62,904 bases of DNA, filler included, from Dugesia japonica (GCA_001938525.1; 4 parts of 4 records of this genome joined end to end with filler, not necessarily neighbours in it), one strand, 5' to 3'. Shown: positions 12,838 to 26,760, counted from the first letter of the whole stretch. Notes: generated from the letters alone by a model not told the origin. A program made the numbers and translations.

Positions 12838-14030
12838 TTATTTGTGGGTCTTGCTTGATTTCATCAACTTATTTTCTAGGAAAAATATTTCTTGTAATTG
12901 ACCAGGGCAATACTCTGCTGAGTATTTTTTTAAATTGTACATAGTTTTATAAATATCATCTTTTTGTATAGATCTTGTATCATCAGATTTGGAACTATCT
13001 GTTACTTCATCAATATGAGTTTGAAGATCATAAATAATATCATTTAGTTCGTCCTCAATTATCACTTGTTTAACTTCTTTAGTTTTACCCACTATTCATT
13101 CTTAAGATTATTTCAAAATAATTGGTAATTGTAGTAATTTTTATTTGATTTAACGCAAGCTATGATCACATTATAGCGTCTAATATCGTTATTGACCTAA
13201 ATATTTTTTCCATGTTACTTTTCTCTGAAAGCATGAGCCTTTCCATCAATAGATTTTTGTAGTCATCTTTAAATTTTTTATTAATTTCAGCATTTAAAAG
13301 TTGAATAAGACTGGTTCTGTTAGAAGGTAAAAATATCATTGTGATATTAGATAAATTGACATCGATATGGGAGGTGCAGTTATCGAGCATCAGAATTATG
13401 TTTCTATTTTCCTTCACAAACGTTTTGTTAAGTTTCATTAATAAAAATTTCTTTTTTCATTCATGCATTTATGTTGGATTCATAATAACTATCTAAATCT
13501 TCTAAATTAAAATTTTTAAAAATTCATGGATTTTTAGATATACCAATAAACAAGGTGGGTAATATTTCTTAAATTTTTGAGCAGTATAAATTTTGCACAC
13601 TTGACATTTTTAACAATTGAGTTTCTTCTGATAAGACTTTTTTAGGTATTTTATTATAAAATAAGGCAGTTTCTTCGCAATTAAATATGTCCTTAGAATC
13701 ATATTTTTCATAGATTTCAATAATAGTATGTAGAAAATTAATCTCACCTGTGTAATCAATGGATGCTGACTCCACAACCAATTTTCTAAAATAAAGATCG
13801 TTTCTTAGTTCAAATTTATGCAACCATTCAGAAGAAGCCTTAAAATCGTCAAAATGTAACCATTAAGCTACTTTTTAAGCAAACGTTTGTAACATAGGAC
13901 CAGAAATAGGAATATTGCAGCTTCTTAGCAAATCAAATATATTTGATAAACCCCATTTTCTATTTCTAAATGAGAAATTTTATTGAAAGTTTTGACCAAA
14001 TGCTGGATGCTTTAAAAAGTTGGCAGTAAT
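12838..14030 (-). mobile_element. pogo/Tigger (CENP-B-like) transposase pseudogene
   Basis: IPISGPML, FKASSEWLHKF, DIFNCEETALFY, ILMLDNCTSH, FLPSNRTSLIQ, ITILDAI. Confidence 0.9.
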
Positions 14031-14038
14031 TTAGCTCA

Positions 14039-14415
14039 ATAGACTTGGGAAATGCAGACTATCAAGTGGAACTCAGTGAAGATTCTCAAGAAAAGATGGC
14101 TTTTTCGTCCAAGCAAGGGCAATTTTGTTTCAATAGAATGCCTTTTGGAATTGCAGCAGCACCAAATACGTTCCAGGATATGATGAATAAAGTAATCGGA
14201 AAAATAAAAGGAGCGATGGTTTATCTAGATGATATTGTCATATTTGCTTAAACAAAAGAGCAACACTATGAAATAATAAATAAAGTATTAACAGAAATTA
14301 AAAAGGCTGGTCTTAGAGTTAATCCGGAGAAATGTCAATTCATGCAAAAGGAGATCAAATTTTTGGGACACGTTATTGGTAAAGAAAGTGTCAAAACAGA
14401 TCCAACTAAAATAGT
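14039..14415 (+). mobile_element. Gypsy reverse transcriptase fragment
   Basis: DLGNADYQ, RMPFGIAAAPNTFQ, YLDD, NPEKCQF...FLGH. Confidence 0.9.
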
Positions 14416-14494
14416 GATTGGTAAGTGATTGTAACAATGGTTAATTTAGAGTCATTATCACGAATTTATCTAAGATTTATCTCAAACTGTTGTA

Positions 14495-15525
14495 ATGGAA
14501 ACAATATAAACAGACCCAAAAAACCCAGCAGGATTCAAAGGAGTGGAAAAGTTATGGAAAGCAACAAAAATTTCACAAAACCAGACGAAAAAGTGGATGT
14601 CGAACCAGTTAGCATACAGTCTGAACAAACAAATGTTGAAAAGATTCCCAACAAAACCGTATAAAACATATGGGATTGATGACTTATGGCAAATGGATTT
14701 GATGGAAATGATTCCATTTTCAAGAATTAATAAAGGATACAAGTATATTTTAACATGTGTCGATGTATTTAGTAGATTTGAAAGAGCTGTACCTATAAAA
14801 TCAAAATCATCTATCGAAATGGAAGCTGCAATCAAGATAATGTTTAACGATGGTCATCCAGACAATTTGCAAACTGATTTACGATAGGAATTTTTAATTC
14901 AAAAGTGAAGAATATTATTAATCATTTAAAAATTAACTTTTATTCCGTATTTTCACAATACAAAGCGGCATATGTTGAAAGGTTTAATCTAACATTGAAA
15001 AAGTATTTTGTGCATACCGGTAATAAGACATGGATACATGTGTTAACGAAAGTAATCAACAGTTATAATCATACAAGTCACAAGAGATTAAATGGAGCAA
15101 GACCCATTGATGTATCATCTGACAATTGAATGAAATTATGGTTATTGAAACAAAAATCAAAAGTAATTATTAAACCTTAATACAAAGTCGGTGGTCATGT
15201 AAGAATATCAAAGAAATCAGCTTCACCATTCATCAAGAATTTCAATAATAATTGGAGCTATGATGTGTTTCAAATATCAAAAACCAATATCAAGCAGAAT
15301 CCAACCATGTATTTGATAAAATATTATGAAGAAAATATCATTGTAGGAAAATTCTATGAACAGGAATTACAAGTCATTTCTCAACCATCATTATTAAGAA
15401 TAGAAAAGATTAAACGGTCAAAAGGAACTGGTAAATATAAAAAAATATATGTAAAGTGGCATGGTTACGAAAAACCTACTTGGATATCTTCATCTCAATT
15501 AGTTAACAATAAACAGCGTGAATAA
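14495..15525 (+). pseudogene. Polinton retroviral-type (c-) integrase with C-terminal chromo-like domain
   Basis: TDPKNPAGF, DDLWQMDL, YILTCVDVFSRF, LQTD, AAYVERFN, GKFYEQEL, IEKI...YVKWHGY; several stops. Confidence 0.92.
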
Positions 15526-16530
15526 TTTCCATACAATTTTAACTGGTAATAGCTGTCCTAGTATTCATCCGGATAATAATGCTAGTAATTTCATAATTGA
15601 GCTTGAAAACCCTTTTTACTTGAATGGACAATGGGAAGTAGCATTGATGGACTTTACTTTTACATATTCAACCTTTCAATTATATAGCAAATCATACATC
15701 AAATATGTAACAGGTGATGATTAAGAAAGGAATGTAGAAATCATAATCAATAACAAAGAAAAAATATTGATGGTTCATGATNTTGGTTTTGAGGTAATTG
15801 ATAAACGATCATTGTTAATCACATTAAAGCATCATGATTATGTTGTAATATTTAACAATTTAGAAGACACCAAAACATTTGGATTTAATACTTTAAGAAA
15901 TGACATAGATACAGATTCTATCATACAATATCAAGACTTTAAAAAATATGACTCGATTGATGTTATGAAAATAAAATTAGTTTATTTAATAGAAACAGAT
16001 AGATTCATATCTTTACAAAATTAATATTACATATCGAATTTGGATCAATTTAATCGTTTCATTACTAAAATGTGCAAGTATGTTTTCAAAACACTTACTA
16101 TAAATAATGATGAACCATTCCGATTTTCATTATTGGAAAATGTTAAAAGTGTTACTTTCGACAATTTCTTGGCGAAATTATAAGGATTTGACAAATAAAC
16201 ATATACTCGTGATTATAGAAATATAGTCCATACTGAATTTATTGGTATTAAATATCCAAAATTAATCACTAATCTTCATCAAATGTTCATCTATAGTAAT
16301 ATTGTTCAACCTATAATTGTTGGCGATGTTAATTTTCTTTTGTTGAAATCTGTATGGTTGGAGAATTATGATGATGATCAAGTAGCTCAGATAATAGTTA
16401 AGAATCCAATGTATTTACCAGTTGCTACTTCATGTATAAACAATATAAAAATCAATATACGAAGTGATAGTGGTGAATTTAACAACTTTGCTAAAGACTC
16501 ATTTAACTAATTTAACATTTTCGAAAAATA
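15518..16530 (+). pseudogene. Minor capsid protein (penton) with long central insertion
   Basis: NFHTILTGNS...HPDNNASNFIIELENPFYLNGQWEVAL at the N-terminus; MFIYSNIVQPIIVGD...PMYLPV...IKINIRSDSG at the C-terminus. Confidence 0.8.
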
Positions 16531-16531
16531 A

Positions 16532-16726
16532 ATGTCTAATCCCGATATTATTAAACTTTATAGTACTAGTCAAGCTGGTGGTGAATTGCCTTACTTTGTA
16601 AGTAAACAGTTTGGATCTGGATGGTTGCAAACAATTGGTCGATTTGCTTTACCTATTCTTAGACCTATCGGTGCAATTGGAATGAAAACAGCACAGGATG
16701 TAATAAATAATAAAAAAATTAATTAA
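16532..16726 (+). CDS. Small Polinton core/PW-like protein (truncated)
   Basis: YSTSQAGGELPYF..KQFGSGWLQTIGRFALPIL, the Q.GG / Q.G.G motif plus amphipathic helix typical of the small gene following penton. Confidence 0.65.
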   Translation: MSNPDIIKLYSTSQAGGELPYFVSKQFGSGWLQTIGRFALPILRPIGAIGMKTAQDVINNKKIN

Positions 16727-16734
16727 AAAAGAAA

Positions 16735-19700
16735 AAAGCTATAGTTATTGTAAAAAATACTGACGATCAACGTTTCATCTGTAGTATTCTTGCTATACTT
16801 AAACGAGAGGATGTTAACAAAAAACAGAAATTTTGAGGAACAATATAAGAAATATCTAGGAGAACTTATATTTGACCATGCCGACATGTCAATGAGGTTG
16901 TCTAATATTCCAAAGTTTGAAAAGGAAAACCCAGGTCTTTCTATAAAACTCTTGTCATGGAATTCTATTTCTGCTTGTAAAGATAATGATCTTGTAATGA
17001 AGCATCTAAATTTGGATATAATTCATAAAAGTAAGGTAATTCATAAAAGTAAGGGAGGACAAAAATTAATCTTTTATTGCTAGAAAATAAGGATAAGTTT
17101 CATTACACCGCAGTAATGAATTTAGATAGACTGATGAACCGTAGGGTCGGAGATAATTAGATGCGAATCCGATTTACTTGGTGTTCAAATTGCTTGAATA
17201 GGTTTAGGGATAAGACTTCGTTTGAAAAACATGAACCACTTTGTGAAACAATGGTTAAGATTGAGGTTTCTTTTACTCCAGTTATTGATCCCGTTGTTAA
17301 TCTGACTGTTAATTCAGTTAATGATCCGACTGTTGATATAAATAGTAATTCTATTGATTTTAATAAGAAAATAGGGGATGAATACGATGTCTTGAATAAG
17401 TTTTTACAAGAAAACCAAGTTGGCCGTTCTCTTATTCTTGATAAATTGATTGAAGAGACAGACTTACTTAAATATTATCGAGTATTAAAATTAGAGGTTT
17501 CTAATTATAATATAAGAGAAATAATACTGACTGAAAAATTTATTAAAAAATTATTTAATTTAATTAAGGAAATGAAAAATGTAAAAATACAATTTGGTAA
17601 TGAAGTTGAATTTTTTAAGGATGAGGAAATTAAGACGTGTAGGTTTTGAAATAGAGCTGTTCCATTGACCGATGATTTCTTTGATGTAAGCATTAAACAA
17701 TTGAACGAGAAAATAGTTATAAGGTCTGAATTAGGTAGTAGTTGGATCTTAAACCGAATTTTAGAAATTTCTTTTAAATTAACTAAAATAAGTAATATCA
17801 GTAGACTCTTTGGAAGGAGCTGGATCGATACTCTCAAAGATTTAAAAGATAAAAAAGCTATAGTTAACGTTAAGAAAAGTGATGATCTTTGTTTCATATG
17901 TAGTATTCTTGCTATACTTAAACGAGAAAATGTTAACAAAAAACAGAAATTTCGAGGAACAATATAAGAAATATCTAGGAGAACTTATATTTGACCATGT
18001 CGACATGCCAAAAAGGTTGTTTAATATTCCTAAGTTTGAAAAGGAAACCCCAGATCTTTCTATAAATGTCTTGTCTTGAAATTCTGTTTCTGTTGACAAT
18101 AGTGAGGATGATAAGGTTGTAATGAAACACCCTAATTTGGATATAATACATAATAGTAAGGTTAAATTGGACAAAGAATAAATCTTTTATTGCTATAAAA
18201 TAAGGATAAATATCATTACACAGCTGTAATGAATTTAAAAAGACTGATGAACAGTGATATTAAAAATAATGGGACGAGAATTTGATCTACTTGGTATCTA
18301 AATTGCTTGAATGGGTTTATAGATAAGATAGCTTTTAAAAAATATGAACCTCTTTGTGAAAGGATTCAAACTGGTACAACTCTTTATAGATCAAGATGAT
18401 ATAGATATACCTGATGAGAAAGAATTATTATTTAAGGACTACTCTAAGATGATCACTCCTCCTTTCGTAATTTACGCTGATTTTGAATCAGTTTTACCTA
18501 AAGATCCAAAATATTTTCAACGTCATGAACTAATTTCTGCTGGACTTTTATTAGTAAATAATTTTACTAATGAAACTAAGTATTATCAATTCATCGTCTA
18601 TGATTGCATTACCGATTTCTTGCAAATGATTGAGGATTTGACTAAAAACATTTTCCAACTTTATTTTGAGAAAAATAGTAAAAAGTCGATTATAATTACA
18701 CATGATGAGGAAATAAGCTTTAAAAGATCTACGATCTGTTATTTGTGCAAGAAACAAATAATTAATCCAGTTAGAGACCATAATCATTTTACTGGTAAAT
18801 AAATAGAACTTGCTTGTTCCAAATGTAATGTAAGTAGGAAAATAAGGTTTGATTCTAATAATTTAAAGGGGTATGATCTCCATCATATTTTAAAGTATGG
18901 ACTTAGTAACTTTTAGTAACTCATAACTTGGGAGATTTCTTGTATTCCACTAACTATTGAAAACTTCTTGAGTTTGACNGCATATATAGATAAAGTATCA
19001 GTAAAGTTTATAGATAGTTACCAATTTATAAACTCTTCTCTTGATGTCGCCGTTAAGACAATAAATTCAATTCCATTAACATCAAAGGAGTTTAATGATA
19101 GTAGACTTATTAAGACTAAGGGGACTTTTCCTTATAACTTTGCGACTAGTTTAGAAGTTTTAGAAGAAACATTATCATTACCACCAATTTGGGAAGGAGG
19201 TTCTGAGGAAAATTTCTTAAAAGCTGTTGAGATGTGGGAATTTTGCGGTTGTAAGAATCTTTTAGACTATATGATGGTCTATTTGAAACTTGACAATTTT
19301 TTTGGTTGATTTCTTTCAGCAATGTCGAGCTAAATCTTTAGAACATAATAGGTTAGAACTACTTAATTTCTTTGGTTTTCCTGGAATGAGTTGCGCTTCT
19401 GCCTTGGTGACTTTAAAGGAATCCATTGAGCTTTTGACTGAGAATGATATGTACACTTTTTTTGAAGGTGGAATTAGAGGAGGTCTTCCTTTTGTAAATA
19501 AACACTATGTAGCTACAGATAATAATACTTAGCTTTTGTACGAAGATATTAACAATTTATATGGTTGGGCTTTAAGCCGAAAGCTTCCTTATAAGAACTC
19601 TGAATGGATTCATTCTGACTTGGAAAGAATTCTTGTTGATTTTAGGACTTATTACTTAGATTCGTTGTCTTATGGTTATAGTGTTGAAGTTGATATGTTG

Positions 19701-20750
19701 ATTCCTAATAATTTACATAACTATTTAAGTGATTTACCAGTTGCTGCTGAGCAACAATTAGTACCAGGTACAAAATTTTAAAAATTACTACTTGCACATC
19801 ATCCAAAGAAAAACTATGTAATACATTGGAAATTACTTCAATTGTATTTACAAATCGGGGTTGAAATGACTAAAATTCATAGGGCTGTAAAATCTGACCA
19901 AGACTCTATCTTTAAGGTATATGTAAATGGAACCACTGCATTAAGATCTGAAAGTAAAATTGAGTTAGATAAAAATTATTATAAACTACTCAATAATAGT
20001 CTTTACGGTAAGACTGTTGAAAATCTTAAGAAGAGGATGAATCTCCGTCTCTGTAATTATGTAAAGAAGCTTGTGACCTATACTTCTAAACCGAGCTTTA
20101 GGAAAACTTTTAAAATCGATAAGGATCTGATCGCTGTTCAACTTAATAAGGATGTTGTTTGTTAAGATCGTCCGAGTTATATTGGACAATCTGTACTTGA
20201 TTTATCTAAGCTTAGAATGTATCGTCTTCATTATATAGATTTAGAAAAATATCGTAGGGAATAAAATTGTTGTATAAATATTTTTGCGGGCGACACAAAT
20301 AGCTTCTTTCTAGAAGTAAAATATATTAAATTTGAGAAAATGTTATAGTTAATGGTTTAAGATAGGTTGTTAGGCACGTCTAATTATAGTAAAAATCATC
20401 CACTTTTGAATAATGACTTAAATTTGGTTGTAGGTAAATTTAATGACGAGTCCAAAGGCATAAAGTATAAAGAATGGATGTTTCTGAGACCAAAATGTTA
20501 CAGTCCCCTTAGCGAAAAAACATCTATGAAGGCTAAAAGTGTAACATTAAAAGGTACTGTCATAAATCATCAGTCATACCTTGATTGTTTTAATAATAAT
20601 CAAAATGTTTCAGTAAACCTATTAAGAATTTTTAGTAAAGGCCACCTAATATTCAGTTCTAATAATTCTAAAATAGCTCTAACAAACACTAATGACAAAC
20701 GAGTATGGGTAGATAAAAATGTAAGTCTACCATACGGAAATTGTGATATA
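16735..20750 (+). pseudogene. pPolB with duplicated N-terminal vOTU-like/Zn-finger module
   Basis: PFVIYADFES, VRDHNHFTG, NLKGYDLH, FIDSY, TKGTFPY, YLKLD, GIRGG, DINNLYG, KLLNNSLYGK, GDTNS, RPKCY, NDKR. Confidence 0.95.
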
Positions 20751-21059
20751 CCACTTTGTAGTGAAGACAATCAGAATCAAATCAGACAGTGTAAAGGTAA
20801 TGATTTGTTATTTATTAAATTTTAATTAATTTATTTTTACAGTATTTTTAAACAAACCTACTATTGCAAAAAATAGTTAGACATTGGATTTCTTAAATAA
20901 ATTTTAGTTTTAAAAAAATGTATTATCTTTTTTACTTTGTTAATCACTTTATTTTAATGTTCATCGAGTCACACTTCAATATTTCGTGTTTGTTTTTTCA
21001 ATAAAACTTTTTTTGTAAAAAATTTGCTGATTTTAACTGTGTTATTCATAATGAGCATA

Positions 21060-21510
21060 AAAAGATCTATAGAATAGATATTTTAATGGTTAAATTTGAG
21101 TTACTTTTGAAAGTTTTGGAAAAAGTTACCAAGTTCAAGAAGACAGCTGAATATCTTCGTTAAGAATCATTTTTCCGAAGACGATATTTTAAATTTATCC
21201 AGTTACTTTTTTTCTCTTGAGTTAAATAATATCAAATTTGAGTCAATAGCTGTTATCTGCACACATAGGTCTGAGCACTAAAATCTGAGTTTTGAGATTT
21301 TTCATCACAAAACCTTATTTATTTCATCGGGGTTTAAATTTGACGAATTTAAGTTAACATATTTGGAATCAGCAAGAAGGTCTCTTGAAAAGACAAATTT
21401 TTAACCTATTCTGAGAAAATGGTCATTCGGATTCCCATAAAAGATTTCAACTATTTGAATTATTTAAACAAATTCGTCTATTTCCCACGAATTTCTTGAA
21501 AAATTCAACG
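21060..21510 (+). pseudogene. Degenerate coding fragment, possibly BTB/BACK-like
   Basis: ILRKW...DSHKRFQLFELFKQIRLFPTNFL resembles a BACK-domain end; paralogous to 1-320. Confidence 0.3.
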
Positions 21511-21584
21511 CAAACAGACAAACCCGAGGAAATAATTACCTAAAATTAATTTTCTCGAAGAATTCCCTGAATTTTCTTTATCTT

Positions 21585-22190
21585 TTCAAATGCTTTTATA
21601 ATTTCAAAAGCTTCGACAACGGTTTTTCCAAAACCTTACAACTTAGTGTTAAGTTGATTTAGATATAAAGTAAAATCTGTAAAGAACATTAGTTTGCTGA
21701 GCCAGTAAACATCAGTTAATTTCGGATAAATCTGTTTATTGAGTTCCAAACAGAATTTCCTCAAGGCATTCTACAAAACGTTCCAACACACGATCTCTGC
21801 TAAGCCAGCGAACACTATTGTACATTAATTACCCAGAGAAAACTGACTGGACTTCATTAAACTGTAAGTCAAATTTTCTCTTATGTAAAGCACGTGAAGT
21901 AATGAATTTTTACAATTTTTGTTACAATTTTCATAACACCTTCAAGTTCTTTCAACCCAACTTTCACACATAAACCTTCTTGGTGCACAATAAAATGAAA
22001 TGCTACTAGTGTTTGTCCAACATTGCTTGTAAACCAATAAATAAAACCAACATCTTTCCAGTTATACTTGGTACATCTTCAGTAGTTACGGAGACTATTT
22101 TTTGGCATCTTAATCTGCATGTTTGAGTTCATCCACAAAATTTTGGCATATTTCTGCACCCGTTTTAGTTCCAGATAAATTTCTTAATCA
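21585..22190 (-). mobile_element. hAT transposase catalytic-region remnant (SPIN/GTF2IRD2-like)
   Basis: SGTKTGAEI, IVSVTTED, FHFIVHQEGLC, VRWLSRDRVLERF, WLSKLMFFTD, LNTKL*G...IKAFE. Confidence 0.85.
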
Positions 22191-24889
22191 TCTCATTTAA
22201 ATACATCTTTGCATATAAATAAAGTATAAATTATGTTTAAAAATCAAATAAAATTTTAAATAATAAAGTGATGTGAATAATTAAGTAGTAATAATTAAGT
22301 ATTTAATATTTATATTTAAAGTGCATGAAATTGATTAGAATGTTTTTTATTTAAATTTCTATTGACGAATATTTTTAGTGAAAGTTTATATTTAAATGCT
22401 TCTCGTTTTTTGTTGATAAAATCAATATTTTCATTTTAGTTGTACCTACACGCACCTGAATTACCGAAAATAACTATAGTCACACCCTAAGGTTAAGCAT
22501 GTCTGTTTGCATTGATTGAATAATATTACCTGGTTATTTTGGGCGTTTGATTGTTGTTTATAATAATATATTGTTGGTTTAGTAAATAAATTTCACTAGT
22601 TCAGTTACGCAATTTATTTTTTAGAGTCAAATTTTATCCATTTAACGAAAAAAATTGTTCATCAATTGAAAGATTTAATTTTATAATTANAATTATTGTG
22701 AGAATAATTGTTGGACTTAACCATTGATCGCATTTGAGATTTCATTAAAATAAGAAAAGGCTTCGATCAAAATAAATCGATTTAAAATGAAAGATTTAAA
22801 TTCCAGAAAATATTTTTAGAACTCAACAAAGATTTCATTTTCTACATTACTAGAGCGATTATTTAGTTTTAACATTTTTTTAGGATATTTTTAGAAAATA
22901 TAATTTAATATTTGTGAAAGTGATTTTCTCCAGAATGAAATAAAACAATTTCACATCAAGTTTTTTATTAAACATGAATAACAGAAATTTAGTGATCAAT
23001 TTAATATGGTTATTCTCCAAATGATAATAAAATTTTAAGACCAATTGTGAGATGAAATATGATACGCCTTTCAGATTTATATATCGATTAATGTAATATT
23101 GACAGATATAAGTCTAATATCGGTCTGATTATGAAATTTATTCACCAATGAGTAATTAAATGTTTAATTAAGAAAGTAAATGTTATAACAATAGTTTTGA
23201 ATGATCCATTATTAATGTATATGGAGCACGATCGTTTTGATGGTGTTCATTTTGATGGTGTTCATTTTGATGTCAACGTTTTGACCTCTTTATTTTACTA
23301 TTGTCGATTTTATGATGACTTCTTAAATTCAATATGTTATTCAATCAAATATAAACCGTTTCAATTAATAAAAATTAAGTAGTAAACATGAGCTTCATAC
23401 ACTTCATATTTTCTATTTTGATAAATTTAAAACACAGTTTTTATTAATTTGTAGATTGAAATGTGCTGATTTTTAATTGAAAGTAGAATGTTAAAAGAAA
23501 GACATTATCAATGATGTTTAAAAGTTGATTAACTAGAAGCGTGTAAGTGAAGAGATTCAAGTTTATTTTAAGAACGAAAAAGATTTAGTGAAAAGATTAT
23601 TTACAAATAGTAGGTGGATAGTGGCGCACTAAGCCACCCCCACATCCGCCGGCAAACTGGCTGACGATTTCATTGGCTGAATTATGTCTAGAAAAATTTT
23701 TCAATTTCGGTTCAAAATGGTCGAATTTCCAATTTTTGGTTAGAAGTTATTTTGGTCAACTTTTATTGTATGGTTTTGAATTTTGTAATAATTGTCGTAG
23801 AATTGAATGATGAACAGTTCGCACTCATCTGAAAAGTCACAAAATAATCAAAAGTAGTGTATGTGTGTATTTTTAATTTTAAAAATTTTTGTGTTTGGGT
23901 TGTTAAGGAGGTTAATTTAAAGTAGGTCGAGTTGAGTTTGTGTGTATTGGTGTGTGTATGTGTGAAAGAATGAATTTGGACTCGAGGGAGATCTAGAGAT
24001 CATGGAAATAAGTTTTCGAAAATTTTTAAGATTTGGTTGTGGTTGAACAAAAATATTGTCCATATATTGTCTAAAGGACTTATGGATAGGATGGATGGTT
24101 TTTGTTAGAAGGGTAGTGGCGCCACGGTACAGTCGTAGGAGTTTTCGTGGTGTGTTTTTTGGGAGGGCGTATGTTTGTATGGGGTAGTTGAATTTTGTTG
24201 GTTGATGGGTTGATGGAAATGTAGTGTGATGGTAAATATTTTGTATATCGAATGTACTTTGATTTCTCATTTAATGTGGTTGAATTTGATTGGTTGATAT
24301 TTGTAAGTAGTATAAGTGTGTTAAAAGAAATTTTTGGGAGGGGGAAATGGAATGGGTTAAAAGAGTATTAATTATCGGATTTTATAAAATTTATTTGATA
24401 TTTTTTTGGCTAGAGTGTAAGACGTAATAATTCTTAGAAATCTTTATTTTGGTTACAAATGCTGTATTTTGCTTAAAATGATGAATTAGTTAAAAGTAAT
24501 GGTATTTTTGTAAAAATGATGTATTTCAGAGTATTTTTGGAGTATTTATTGTATTTTTTGATGGGAAGGGTTGTTTTTCAAAGAAGAAGGGAGCCTTGAT
24601 ATTTTTTTAGGGGAAAGGTTTTGGCAGGAAATTTAAAAATAATTTTAATGGCGGGAAATTACATTTTTTTTTGGCCATAAATTTAATAAAATTTAATTCA
24701 ATTACATTTATTTTTTTTGGTTAGACTGGATGGGAGAAGTCTCTATATTTAAAATTGTATGGGGAGCCTCTTTATTATGTATGAGATGGGGGAGTTTCTA
24801 TATTTAGCATGGGATGATGGGTGATATTATTATTATTGAAAGATATTTTTACAAGATATCGGGCAGACTAAATATTTTGCAAGGGATGA

Positions 24890-25125
24890 TCAGTGTATGT
24901 TAGTTGCAGCTGTGTTGCATTTGAGTTGCATACCTATTGCAATTATTATTTTTAAAAATCAATAAAAATTCCCAGGCACGTGATTTTCAGTGTATGTGTG
25001 TTGCATCTGAGTTGAATCTGAATTGCATACCTGTTGCATTTATTTAAAATTTATTTTTAAAAAATCATTAAAAATTCCCAGGCACGTGTTACTGTATTGT
25101 ATTCGTATTGCATCCTATTGCATTC
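24890..25125. repeat. Tandem ~100 bp direct repeat (2.4 copies) ending in cccaggCACGTG
   Basis: cagtgtatg...ttgcatacct.ttgca...aaaaattcccaggcacgtg twice, plus a partial third copy. Confidence 0.75.
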
Positions 25126-25374
25126 ATTATTAAAACATTGAGGTAGTCTTCATATTTATGTATGATATTGGGCAGTCTTGAGATTTTTTTATTTTGGTCA
25201 GTCTAAAATTTAAATAAGTTAATTAAAATTAATTAAATAATTAAATAATAATTATATATTAAATAATTGATAAATATTCAAAGTGAGTCTTTAATATAAC
25301 TACATGATAAAATATTCAAATTGAAACTTTTCACTACAAAATGACAAAAGACAGAACTTTTATCTATAAAAAAC

Positions 25375-25530
25375 ATATTAGTCCTGCAATTTTTAATAAA
25401 AGATTTTAAGAGTGATACAATTTATAATAAAAAATTTCATTAGTGTTACAATTTTTAATATAAAATATCATTAGTGAAGCAATTTTTAATAAAAAATTTC
25501 ATTAGCGATGCTATTTTTATTAAAAATTCT
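25375..25530. repeat. Minisatellite, ~31 bp x 5
   Basis: cattagtg..acaatttttaataaaaaattt units. Confidence 0.7.
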
Positions 25531-25959
25531 TATTAACCGAGAACATTTCTTTACGAAAGGATAAAAACAGAACTTTTTTCATAAAAATCATAAATTCATG
25601 GAACCTTTTTTATATAACTAATAAGTCTATATAAAAACTTATAAGAAAATATTTTTATGATTGCATACGGTTAATGAGTATATAGGATTTATTTGTATAT
25701 TATTTGTATAGTTACCTTGTATTATTTACATAGTAACCCTGTAATATAGTGCTTATAAGGCTATTATTTACATATTAACCATGTAATAATAAGTCACCAC
25801 GCAAAATTTATGATCATGAAATTAGTTATCACAAATTAATTTATTCAAAATATTGTTTTTTGTTTACTTAGTATTATAAAAAACCTTATTTATTTACTAA
25901 TTATACAAAAAATAAAAGAAAACAATTATCCAATAAAACATTTATTAATATAAAATTTA

Positions 25960-26505
25960 TTAATGTAACATTTTTTTATGATATTCTTCAGTCATCTTCA
26001 AAATTNTTTCTTTTAAGATTTCATAATGGTTCTTGTTTTCATTGAAAGGGAAATCCGATTGAAGTTCTTTAATGAAATTGTTCACAACTTGAAACATGTC
26101 TTTTGATTTTGTCTGCAAGTAATGATTAAAATATTCATTCATCATCAACAGCATATATTTATGAAGTAATTTTGGAAATTTTTCGTGTAATATCTCTAAC
26201 GCTAATTCTAAAAAAAAGAAAATTAAATAAAATTATAATAAATTAAACTCTTACCATAATAATTTTCATAATTTTTGTCTTCAATTTTAGTATAACCATC
26301 ATCACTATCACTGTCATCACCATGACATGTATATTCCATCTTTTCATCTTCAAGAGTTTTTTCTTCATTTATTTCTTCATTAATATTGATTTTCCGTTAT
26401 TATTGACTTCTATCATATTTTCTATTCCTTCATGGTTAATGTCATTTTCAAGTCCTTCCTCTCCTTGGGCAGTGTTTTCAAAAAACATTTCACAAGTATT
26501 CATTT
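25960..26505 (-). pseudogene. Small two-exon gene of unknown function (intron 26208-26254); 5' part disrupted
   Basis: A 47 bp GTAAG...TTTTTTAG intron joins DDSDSDDGYTKIEDKNYENYY in frame to ELALEILHEKFPKLLHKYMLLMMNEYF. Confidence 0.5.
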
Positions 26506-26559
26506 TGTAAAAAGTGAATTTATTTTAAAAAACAAGTCCTATTTGTGTAAACACGGTAA

Positions 26560-26760
26560 CCAATCATATCATTTATAGTAAATAATAACCAATAGGAACT
26601 CACAAATAGCGAGTATGTGTGTATCACAACTAATATATTAACCCAGTAACTAATCATAACTGTTAAAAAATATATTAACAAATCATATCAATTATAGCAA
26701 ATATTAACTTGTAGGAACTCGCAAAAAACGAGTATATGTGTATCACAACTAGTATATAAG
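26560..26760. repeat. Direct repeat pair (~78 bp core, ~119 bp period)
   Basis: aatcatatca...taggaactc.caaa...cgagtat.tgtgtatcacaacta occurs twice. Confidence 0.7.

Larger units (their letters stand above)
14495..20750 (+). mobile_element. Polinton/Maverick element P2, degenerate and internally deleted
   Basis: Integrase, penton, core-like protein and pPolB, all on +; no major capsid protein, ATPase or protease visible. Confidence 0.9.

Noticed and set aside
23917-24270. 117 aa minus-strand ORF in a G/T-skewed tract, possibly a LINE 3' remnant
   Set aside because: No diagnostic motif could be identified
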